Assembly (NCBI GenBank): GCA_038046385.1
Contig: JBBSWH010000001.1
Span: 39,382 to 103,381 of the forward strand
DNA: 64,000 bases
Reading direction: 5' to 3'
Source of the DNA: Nanobdellota archaeon
GTDB taxonomy: Archaea; Nanobdellota; Nanobdellia; Woesearchaeales; GW2011-AR4
Each line of letters starts with the position of its first letter. The first letter of the stretch is position 1. A program made the translations under genes and the position numbers. Positions 35,212-42,350 of the stretch are shown one piece after another. The notes beneath the pieces are model-generated. The model searched no databases, had not been told where the DNA came from, and was given only the letters and a program-made list of their open reading frames with translations.

Positions 35212-35655
35212 TTACTTTTTCCAGAGCAGAATAACAAGAAGCACAACACTTACGCTTATAGCGCTGTCTGCAACATTGAATACCGGCCAGATTCTGAAAT
35301 CAAGAAAATCCGTAACGTGCCCCAAAAACAGCCGGTCAATCAAGTTTCCAACTGCGCCGCCAAGAAGAAGGCCGACTGCAAACTGCATTGGCTTTTCATC
35401 GTTTTTTATCTTTTTGACGGAATAGACAATGCCGAAAATCACTGCAAAAAAGATTATTATGAAAACAGCGTTCATTCCCTGAAACAAGCTGAACGCAGAG
35501 CCGGTGTTTGTTACATAAGTTATGTGGAAAATGTTTTTTATGACTGGAAGCGATTCATTAAGGCTGAAGTTTTTTCTTATAATCCATTTGGTTAACTGAT
35601 CAAGAAACACAACAATAGCTGCAACAGAAAAAACAAATATATTTTTTTTATTCAT
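35212..35655 (-). CDS. lspA: Lipoprotein signal peptidase (signal peptidase II)
   Basis: DQLTKW, NTGSAFS, GGAVGNLIDRLFLGHVTDFLDF..WPVFNVADS. Confidence 0.85.
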   Translation of the reverse strand: MNKKNIFVFSVAAIVVFLDQLTKWIIRKNFSLNESLPVIKNIFHITYVTNTGSAFSLFQGMNAVFIIIFFAVIFGIVYSVKKIKNDEKPMQFAVGLLLGGAVGNLIDRLFLGHVTDFLDFRIWPVFNVADSAISVSVVLLVILLWKK

Positions 35656-35708
35656 TAAACCAAAATTAAGAACTTATGTATAAAAATGTTTTTAATCAAA
35701 AGAACTCG

Positions 35709-35816
35709 TTTTGCCATCGTTCGCATGTAATGTTTTAGATTATTACAAAAATTCCTCATGGAACCTCCTTTTTGTTAAAATATTTTATAGAAAATGCTCA
35801 CAATTTGATGGCAAAA
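35709..35816. repeat. Clamped intergenic element, copy A (10-bp terminal inverted repeat)
   Basis: ttttgccatc...gatggcaaaa; subterminal gttcgcatgtaatg and aaaatgctcacaatt; right end abuts the stop codon of the 35817 gene. Confidence 0.75.
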
Positions 35817-36212
35817 TCAATAATACCTTCTTCTTCTGCCGGAGTCTTCCTGTTCTCCCCTTGCAATTCCTTCAAGGTTCACAAGCCTTTGGTTGATTGC
35901 ATCAAGGGAAGCCTTGACAGCGTCAAGCTTGCTTGATATCACTTCAAGATTTTTTGAGTTTATGTAATTGTCATTGCTTGGCATTGAAGGCTGGAAAGAC
36001 GGCTGCGATGGGAAATTCTGCGAAGGCTGGAATGAAGGATACTTCTGAAAAGGCTGCTGTGTCTGCGGCATTTCAAGCCCCATTCCCAGGTCAGGAGAAG
36101 GCCCTTGGCTGTTCATGTCCAATCCCAAATCCTTGTCAAGCCCGAGGTCTTTGCCTATGTCAGAGAAATCATCTTTTTTCTTCCAAAATGCAAGCTTGCT
36201 GAAAACGCCCAT
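35817..36212 (-). CDS. Hypothetical protein: amphipathic N-terminus, P/Q/S-rich linker, C-terminal coiled coil
   Basis: MGVFSKLAFWKKK...; QPSFQPS repeats; ..LDAVKASLDAINQRLVNLE.. Confidence 0.55.
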   Translation of the reverse strand: MGVFSKLAFWKKKDDFSDIGKDLGLDKDLGLDMNSQGPSPDLGMGLEMPQTQQPFQKYPSFQPSQNFPSQPSFQPSMPSNDNYINSKNLEVISSKLDAVKASLDAINQRLVNLEGIARGEQEDSGRRRRYY

Positions 36213-36267
36213 CTATACACCTCTTTTTTAAACTTTATTGACTGAAGCAATATATAAACATTGTGGA

Positions 36268-36426
36268 TTATATTCCTCTAATGAACAGGTAAAGCAGCGC
36301 AAGCGCCAAGGCGACGAAGCTGACAAAAAGTATTGTGTGGAAGAATTTCTTGAACATTTCGTGCAGTATAAACATAAGGACAAGGTACCCGAGCACAACT
36401 CCAACAACAATTGAGATTATATCCAT
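36268..36426 (-). CDS. Small 2-TM membrane protein (52 aa)
   Basis: Manual ORF MDIISIVVGVVLGYLVLMFILHEMFKKFFHTILFVSFVALALALLYLFIRGI. Confidence 0.4.
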   Translation of the reverse strand: MDIISIVVGVVLGYLVLMFILHEMFKKFFHTILFVSFVALALALLYLFIRGI

Positions 36427-36526
36427 TTTGCCTCTGAGTATTCGAAGAGGTTTGTTGGACTATGTCCAATTTTAACTCTTTTTTAATTAATTAAGGTACA
36501 CTTGAAGAACTGATTAAATAACTTTT

Positions 36527-37558
36527 CTATTCTTTCTTATCATTTGCAGGTTTTGATACTGCCCAGTCTATGCTCTCAAGCGGCGTTTCATATCTTTCTC
36601 TTTCAAGAGCAAGCTTATGCCCGACTTCCTGCACAAGCGACCAAAGCATTATCTCCTGCTCTGCCTTGTTTAACTTTCTTAATTTGTGCTTTGCATCTAC
36701 GCTCTCATCGCGCACAGCCACATTTGACAGCATAGACCTGTAAAATTCAATCATTAAATCTGTAGGCATGGCAAAAGGAGACATAATCCTTGAAGTTTCG
36801 TTTCCTGGCTGAATCATAAATTTGAAGTATGCGGCTATTTCCGGTGCAAATAAATAAATTGCTTTTGCTCCCCCCATCTGCCTTTCTCCAAACCCAAATG
36901 CCCAGTCACTTGCAGGGATGCTTATTGTCGTGTTAAATCCGTTGGCTATTGCGTAATTGTTCACGCTGTCTGGGTTTGTGGCAACAGATCGCATCTGGAA
37001 TCTGTAATCTTTGACCTTTTTTGTTCTGGAAGGGACACTGACAGAAACTATCGAGCCGGATTCAGAAGCAGCATTACCGCTGTAAATTTTCCCTATCTTT
37101 ATATCCTCTCCTGTTTGCATTCCATAAGACACTAGCCTCATCGCTTCGCACAGCTCAACAAGCCTTACGACTCTTTGCCTTCTATCCTCATTTCCAGCAA
37201 ATGGCGCAAAAGCGTAGCCTGAATTGTACGGGTGATACACTTCTGAAAAAGCAGCTTCTCTTGCAAGAGCAGGAGTCATTGCGTTCTCAACAGCGTCTTC
37301 AAGAGAATCAGGAGATTTTACTTCTATTGGCTGGGCGTTCATAAGGAACCTTTTAGAGTCCCTAAAAGAATCAGGAAGAATTTTGCTGTTAAGCACAATG
37401 CATTCTCCTTCGTCAAGGCTTAATACTCTTCCAGCAACCCCCCTGTTTGTTTCAACATAAACAGGAGCGCTTCCTTTTAAAATTCCTGCAACACTCGGAT
37501 CCTTAAAATAATTTTTTTTAGCGCTGCCCATTTTTAGAAGTCTTTGCCCCGTACACAT
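36527..37558 (-). CDS. Hypothetical protein (343 aa; start possibly Met10 at 37531)
   Basis: Long ORF with no recognisable motif; overlaps the upstream gene end. Confidence 0.6.
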   Translation of the reverse strand: MCTGQRLLKMGSAKKNYFKDPSVAGILKGSAPVYVETNRGVAGRVLSLDEGECIVLNSKILPDSFRDSKRFLMNAQPIEVKSPDSLEDAVENAMTPALAREAAFSEVYHPYNSGYAFAPFAGNEDRRQRVVRLVELCEAMRLVSYGMQTGEDIKIGKIYSGNAASESGSIVSVSVPSRTKKVKDYRFQMRSVATNPDSVNNYAIANGFNTTISIPASDWAFGFGERQMGGAKAIYLFAPEIAAYFKFMIQPGNETSRIMSPFAMPTDLMIEFYRSMLSNVAVRDESVDAKHKLRKLNKAEQEIMLWSLVQEVGHKLALERERYETPLESIDWAVSKPANDKKE

Positions 37559-38297
37559 TTAAAAATATAGTCCTTATCCTTCCGATATAATTATTTACTG
37601 CCCTAAGATACCTTAATTCAATGTTTTCGCCTATTCCCACCTTCACATTGTCTTTTATCCTGCTGGAATTAAGTGAAATTGCCCATAATAGATCGTATAT
37701 TTCTCTTGGCTCCACTTTTGAAAGCCTTTCCCTTAAAGGCACTATTGGGTTGTCTTTTCTTCTCACAAGCCCAAGGTAATAACTTTTGGAAGTTGTTTCT
37801 TCAATCATATTTGCAACAACTTCCACAGGTCGGCCCTCTGAAAGCTTTGCATAGCGCTCTGTTTCTTTTTTTCTGTGAGTTGATTTGTAGTTATGGCTTG
37901 CTATGTAAAGCGCAAGAATCTCTGATGGCTTAAGCGCAAGAAGAACACTGTGCGGAATGCCTCCTATGTTTTTTGGATGACCCGTCATGTCCACTTCCAT
38001 TTCAGTAACTCCTGCATAGAGCCTTTTAAGGTTCCCATAGCCGCCGTAATGAGATTCAAAACTGGAGCCATCTTCCCTAAAACTGACTTTTGCGCGGAAA
38101 GATTTCAATATCTCCCCGTCTATTCCGTAGCTTCCAAATTTTGAAACAGCAGGAACAACACCAGCAACTTTTTTTTCAAGAGAATCACTTGTTGGTTTCG
38201 CATCTGCATCTTCTGCCAATAAACTCAATTGAGCCTTGCTGTTGAGAGTTCTAACTCCTTTATGTCCTGCTAATCTTCTATGAATTACCCTTGCCAC
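37518..38297 (-). CDS. Hypothetical protein (259 aa)
   Basis: Long ORF with no recognisable motif. Confidence 0.6.
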   Translation of the reverse strand: MARVIHRRLAGHKGVRTLNSKAQLSLLAEDADAKPTSDSLEKKVAGVVPAVSKFGSYGIDGEILKSFRAKVSFREDGSSFESHYGGYGNLKRLYAGVTEMEVDMTGHPKNIGGIPHSVLLALKPSEILALYIASHNYKSTHRKKETERYAKLSEGRPVEVVANMIEETTSKSYYLGLVRRKDNPIVPLRERLSKVEPREIYDLLWAISLNSSRIKDNVKVGIGENIELRYLRAVNNYIGRIRTIFLNVYGAKTSKNGQR

Positions 38298-38429
38298 AAC
38301 GCTTTATTTACAGAATCTCTTTATAAACTTTTCTCATTTTACAACTAAGAAGTAACAAAATTATAATTCCTAATAAATTTTATAGATTGATAGGTTCAAT
38401 CATCTACCTAAATAAAAAAACCGAAGAAC

Positions 38430-38810
38430 TTAAGCAATCAAAACAGCGTTAACAATTCCATCCTGGCCCGGCCTTGATGTGATCTTTGCCTTTCCAAGCT
38501 CTGTGTCAATAACAGATCCCTTTGTCATTATATTCCTTCTTATGAAGTGCCTGTTAGCCGGATTGTCGGTGATTGTCTTTATTTTAACTTGTTTGTATGA
38601 TTTTGTCTTTGGATTGTAAAGGTTTGCAGTGTCTGTGCTAAGCAATCTTAATTTTCTGTTGTCGCCCATTACTCTGATAGTCTGGACTCTTGCCTTGCCA
38701 AGCTTTGTGAACGACGGCTCACGCCCAAGCTCATATTGTTTTTTCTTCCTAAAATCCTTATACCTTGCGCCTGTCTGTTTTCTCTTCGGTCTTGCTTGTG
38801 ATAATGCCAT
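38430..38810 (-). CDS. rps8e: 30S ribosomal protein S8e
   Basis: MALSQARPKRKQTGARYK...; start moved to Met20 of the track ORF. Confidence 0.85.
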   Translation of the reverse strand: MALSQARPKRKQTGARYKDFRKKKQYELGREPSFTKLGKARVQTIRVMGDNRKLRLLSTDTANLYNPKTKSYKQVKIKTITDNPANRHFIRRNIMTKGSVIDTELGKAKITSRPGQDGIVNAVLIA

Positions 38811-38905
38811 AACTTTTGGAAATTTTCTTGATTTATAAGGGTTTCTGTTTAAATACTGATTAGACAACAGATAATCTTTTATTCAAGGAAAGGTATGCTA
38901 ATTGG

Positions 38906-39325
38906 ATGCAGCCGTTTGAAATAATAATTTTTGGAATGCTTTTGTTGGTGGTTTTGTATATTGGATATTTAATCGGAAAATTTGTTGCAAAAAGCAAAAT
39001 ACCGGAGATCAGAGAAACTGCGATAAAGCATTCGAGAGCAGTTCTTGCAGGCCAGTTCAGCGAGCAGATGTCGCCTTACCTTCCCGGATTCGGGCACAAG
39101 CCGACAGAGGCAAGATTCATCGGCAAGCCGATTGATTTCATAGTCTTCAAGGGGATGGACGAGAAGAAAATTGAAGACGTAATCTTTGTTGAAGTCAAGA
39201 GCGGACAAAACAAACTTTCAGAAGTGCAGAAAAGCCTGAAATCAGCAATTGAACAGAAAAAAGTCTCGTGGCACGAATATAAAGTGCCGGAAAATGTTAC
39301 GAACAGCGATGGGAAACATTTATAA
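38906..39325 (+). CDS. Holliday-junction-resolvase-related endonuclease-like protein with N-terminal TM
   Basis: ..ARFIGKPIDFIVFKG....IFVEVKSG...LSEVQKSL.. (D...E-V-K). Confidence 0.55.
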   Translation: MQPFEIIIFGMLLLVVLYIGYLIGKFVAKSKIPEIRETAIKHSRAVLAGQFSEQMSPYLPGFGHKPTEARFIGKPIDFIVFKGMDEKKIEDVIFVEVKSGQNKLSEVQKSLKSAIEQKKVSWHEYKVPENVTNSDGKHL

Positions 39326-39352
39326 ACAATACCAGTTTTCATTTTCAATAAA

Positions 39353-39643
39353 ATGATGGAACAAGCAAGACCGTTGGACGCATTGAACAAGGCAAGGGAC
39401 AAGAGAGTAATCCTTGAGCTGAAGAACAACAAGCAGTACATCGGGAAATTAAAGTCATTTGACATTCACGTTAACGTTGTGATTGAAGATGTTGAAGAGT
39501 ACGAAATAAAATTCAAAAAAATATCTAAAAAAATCGATGAAAACACAACTGAAGAGTTTACAACAACAGAAACATTGCTAAGGAGAAAGCTTGGCTCAGT
39601 TTTTATAAGGGGAGACACAATAACAGTTATTTCAACAGAATAA
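39353..39643 (+). CDS. Sm-like archaeal protein (SmAP) with internal insertion
   Basis: PLDALNKARDKRVILELKNNKQYIGKLKSFDIHVNVVIEDVEE ... LGSVFIRGDTITVIS. Confidence 0.8.
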   Translation: MMEQARPLDALNKARDKRVILELKNNKQYIGKLKSFDIHVNVVIEDVEEYEIKFKKISKKIDENTTEEFTTTETLLRRKLGSVFIRGDTITVISTE

Positions 39644-39659
39644 AATTTCTAGGTGCTTA

Positions 39660-39771
39660 AATGAAAGGAACGCATTCAACTTTTTGCAAAAAACTTGACC
39701 AAAAGCATGAAAGTGCTATATTTGCTTCGCAAAATAGCACGAGAGGGCTACAATGAAAGGAACGCATTCAA
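39660..39771. mobile_element. Two-hairpin mini-insertion flanked by a 20-bp direct repeat duplicating the rpl37e start
   Basis: aatgaaaggaacgcattcaa at 39660-39679 and 39752-39771; the 72-bp insert has hairpins ctttttgcaaaaag and gtgctat..tttgcttcgcaaa..atagcac. Confidence 0.8.
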
Positions 39772-39932
39772 TGGGGAAGAAGTCCGGCAGCAAGAACATG
39801 ATATACTGCAGGCGCTGCGGGAAAAGAACTTTCAACCTTGGGGCAAAATGGAGATGCGCTTCATGCGGATTCGGCATGAGCAAGAAGCTTCGCGGTTACA
39901 AATGGCAGAAGAAGCCAAAGAAGATTTCTTAG
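39753..39932 (+). CDS. rpl37e: 50S ribosomal protein L37e
   Basis: Manual frame MKGTHSMGKKSGSKNMIYCRRCGKRTFNLGAKWRCASCGFGMSKKLRGYKWQKKPKKIS (C4 zinc ribbon); the track ORF 39695-39955 is out of frame. Confidence 0.85.
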   Translation: MKGTHSMGKKSGSKNMIYCRRCGKRTFNLGAKWRCASCGFGMSKKLRGYKWQKKPKKIS

Positions 39933-39986
39933 AAAGTTTTCAGCAACCTTTTTAAAGCAAGTTTATATCTTATTTTTTACATTCAT

Positions 39987-40118
39987 GCGGAGGTGCCGGA
40001 GTGGCCAAACGGGATAGGCTTAGGCGAGGCATCTTTTTGGTGTAAAGAGCCGAAAGGCAATGACTTTGAGACACCTATTAGCTTAGTGCTTACGCAGGTT
40101 CGAATCCTGTCCTCCGCA
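39987..40118 (+). tRNA. tRNA-Leu(UAG), class II, ~45-nt anticodon-loop intron
   Basis: GCGGAGG/CCTCCGC+A, ATAGG-CTTAGG[intron]A-CCTAT, long variable arm, GCAGG-TTCGAAT-CCTGT. Confidence 0.75.
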
Positions 40119-40231
40119 TTCATTTTCATTAGTGGATTCACAATCCACGACTGCGTAGCATGGTTTCTTTGGTCAAGCTTTCTTTTTATAAAGAAAGGTT
40201 GGTGGGAACCCTTACTCCGCATTCATTTTCA
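40112..40231. mobile_element. Two-hairpin mini-insertion flanked by a 17-bp direct repeat duplicating the tRNA-Leu(UAG) 3' end
   Basis: ctccgcattcattttca at 40112-40128 and 40215-40231; hairpins gtggatt/aatccac and ctttctttttataaagaaag. Confidence 0.75.
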
Positions 40232-40294
40232 AATGCATAAATTTTATAAATAACCATATTTTCACAAACAAAATATGGAGAAGGGTGCAACAAA

Positions 40295-40513
40295 ATGGCA
40301 AGAGAAAAAGTAAAAAAACTAAGCGTAAAGAAAGAGAGATATCTTAAATTCAGGAAGGAAAAGCCTCCGATGACCTTCACAGTGCCTGATCTTACAGAAC
40401 AGCAGGTTGCAGAAAGAAGGGTAGATGAGCAGCACATCGGACAGTTTTGGAAAGGCTACAGAAGGCCGCCTGAAAGGTTCGTAAGCGAAAGAAAAGCAAA
40501 AAGCAAGCGATAA
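40295..40513 (+). CDS. Hypothetical basic protein
   Basis: 72-aa ORF. Confidence 0.45.
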   Translation: MAREKVKKLSVKKERYLKFRKEKPPMTFTVPDLTEQQVAERRVDEQHIGQFWKGYRRPPERFVSERKAKSKR

Positions 40514-40750
40514 ACCTCATTTTTCTGTTATTTTTTTCTATTCCAGTATACTGATAACTATACCAATAATACAAAACTTTTTAAATCATTTTTGATTTTA
40601 AAATCATACGTGGGGGTGTTTATACTTGCAGTTCTCTAACAGTGAGAAGGAAGACTTCATAACTTTAGAGAACGGAATATTCACCCATAAGCAGATAGAA
40701 AGAAAGGGAAACATAGTTTATATGCGAATGAAGAAGAGGGTGCTTAAAAA

Positions 40751-40918
40751 ATGAGCGAGAAAAACAAAAAAATTCTGCTGTTTATTGCCGTCGTTATAAT
40801 TGTTGCAGTTCTGATTAATTTTGTTTTTAGGGTTTTGAGCAGCCTTTCATGGATTGTGATAATAATTGCAGCAGCCATAGTATATATGAACTGGTCCAAA
40901 ATAAAGAAAATGTTTTAG
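40751..40918 (+). CDS. Small 2-TM membrane protein (55 aa), paralog 1
   Basis: Manual ORF MSEKNKKILLFIAVVIIVAVLINF...WIVIIIAAAIVYMNWSKIKKMF. Confidence 0.45.
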   Translation: MSEKNKKILLFIAVVIIVAVLINFVFRVLSSLSWIVIIIAAAIVYMNWSKIKKMF

Positions 40919-40920
40919 AT

Positions 40921-41088
40921 ATGGGCAACAAAAATTTCCTCAAATTCTTTGTTTTTTTTATTATTGCAGTTTTGATTTTAAATCTTATTTTATTTGCTAT
41001 GAAAAAAGTCAATGAGCTTTTGTTCTGGGTGATTATTATAATTGCAGCAGTGTTTGCATATAAGATACTGCCTAAGATGAGAAATTAA
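40921..41088 (+). CDS. Small 2-TM membrane protein (55 aa), paralog 2
   Basis: MGNKNFLKFFVFFIIAVLILNL...WVIIIIAAVFAYKILPKMRN; same architecture as the 40751 gene. Confidence 0.45.
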   Translation: MGNKNFLKFFVFFIIAVLILNLILFAMKKVNELLFWVIIIIAAVFAYKILPKMRN

Positions 41089-41163
41089 TACTTAAATAAA
41101 AAAATGTCAGAAATCAAAAGATTTCTGAGCATGCTCGTAAATCTTTTGATTTACGACAGGCAA

Positions 41164-41310
41164 TTAAGCCTTTCCAAGAATCCTGAAAACCTTTGTGCTG
41201 CATACACCGCATGTGCCTTTCATTGCCTTCATGCCGTTCTTCATTATGACTTCTTTTCCTTCTTTGATTTCGACTTCTTTCCTGCACTTCATGCATCTTC
41301 CTCTTGCCAT
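41164..41310 (-). CDS. Small zinc-ribbon protein (DUF5679-like), 48 aa
   Basis: Manual ORF MARGRCMKCRKEVEIKEGKEVIMKNGMKAMKGTCGVCSTKVFRILGKA; SD gaggtga. Confidence 0.55.
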   Translation of the reverse strand: MARGRCMKCRKEVEIKEGKEVIMKNGMKAMKGTCGVCSTKVFRILGKA

Positions 41311-41435
41311 TTGATTCACCTCGAGTTCTAATATAATATAGGATTTTAAGCCTATGAGTAAATCATATAAGATGTTATATATAAAGATTTGGGTTTTTTA
41401 CTCATAAACTGCCCTAGTTTGCTACTATTAAGAAA

Positions 41436-41649
41436 TTATTCTACAATCTCAAGAGTGGGGGTTGCCATCGGTTCGCATGTAATGCTTAGGCGATAAAGCG
41501 TCCGTTCCCCGTAAGGGACTCAACTTGAGCATAGCTCAAGTGAGCAATTGAAGCTTTGCTTCAATTCGCTTCCCCCTTGTCCGCTAGCTGTAGATTTAAA
41601 AAAAGCTCACAAATTGATGGCAACCACAAATCACTCTACAATCTCAAGA
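41436..41649. mobile_element. Clamped intergenic element, copy B (166 bp), with duplication of the HAD gene 3' end
   Basis: TIR ggttgccatc (41460-69)/gatggcaacc (41616-25). Perfect 15-bp repeat tctacaatctcaaga at 41440-54 and 41635-49. Confidence 0.75.
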
Positions 41650-42302
41650 AGCTCTTTGATGTCATTTATCTCATAGTCTGCGCTTGAGCCGGATGCAGAA
41701 GGATTTCCGTATTTTGCGAAGCAAGTTGACATTCCCAATGACTTTGCGCCTTTTATATCCCGCTCTGGCCTGTCTCCAACCATTAAGCACTCGTGCGGCT
41801 TTACATTCAGCTTTTTGAAGGCGACCTTAAACGGCTTTGTGCTTGGCTTGAACTCTTTCGTATCATCAAACGTAACAACGACATCAAATATATGGTTTAT
41901 TTTCATGGCAACAAGTCTTATCCATGCCTTTAATCGCGGAGCGTCAGATACAATAGCCAGTTTTATGCCTTTTCTTTTCATTTCAAAAAGGACCTTGCTT
42001 ACATTCGGATACGGCTCAAGGAATCCACTTCTTACTCTCCTGTAGGCCACGATGCCGCTTGCAAGTATTTCATAGTTTATTTCCTTTGTAACCTTCTTCA
42101 GAAACTTCTGGAATATGGTTTTTTCTTCCATTCCGTATTCATTATACAAGTCGAAAAGAATCTTCATGCCTTTTTCCTTGTCCATATCCAATCCTGCGCC
42201 TATCATCGCAGTCATTGCCGCATCGCAGCTCATTTTCTTCATTGTCATGAAGTCTATCAAGGTGTTGTCAAGATCGAAGATAATTGCTTTTATCATAATC
42301 AA
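41631..42302 (-). CDS. HAD-superfamily hydrolase
   Basis: IIFDLDNTL motif I, SDAP.., VGDRPERDI. Confidence 0.8.
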   Translation of the reverse strand: MIMIKAIIFDLDNTLIDFMTMKKMSCDAAMTAMIGAGLDMDKEKGMKILFDLYNEYGMEEKTIFQKFLKKVTKEINYEILASGIVAYRRVRSGFLEPYPNVSKVLFEMKRKGIKLAIVSDAPRLKAWIRLVAMKINHIFDVVVTFDDTKEFKPSTKPFKVAFKKLNVKPHECLMVGDRPERDIKGAKSLGMSTCFAKYGNPSASGSSADYEINDIKELLEIVE

Positions 42303-42350
42303 AAGAAAAACAGAATAAGTTTAAAATTGTTTTGATGAAAAAAGAAAAAA

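Noticed and set aside
36228-36469. Minus-strand ORFs 36228-36410 and 36278-36469
   Set aside because: Cys/Arg-rich nonsense. A third minus frame (36268-36426) gives a clean 52-aa two-TM peptide.
39695-39955. 86-aa ORF over the L37e locus
   Set aside because: It is out of frame. The +1-shifted frame from ATG 39753 gives a canonical C4 zinc-ribbon L37e.
39983-40437. ORFs 39983-40222 (-), 39993-40253 (+) and 40186-40437 (-)
   Set aside because: They overlap tRNA-Leu(UAG) and its non-coding mini-insertion.
41104-41331. 75-aa plus-strand ORF and 41114-41296 (-)
   Set aside because: A different minus-strand frame encodes a 48-aa CxxC...CxxC zinc-ribbon protein with a strong SD (gaggtga).
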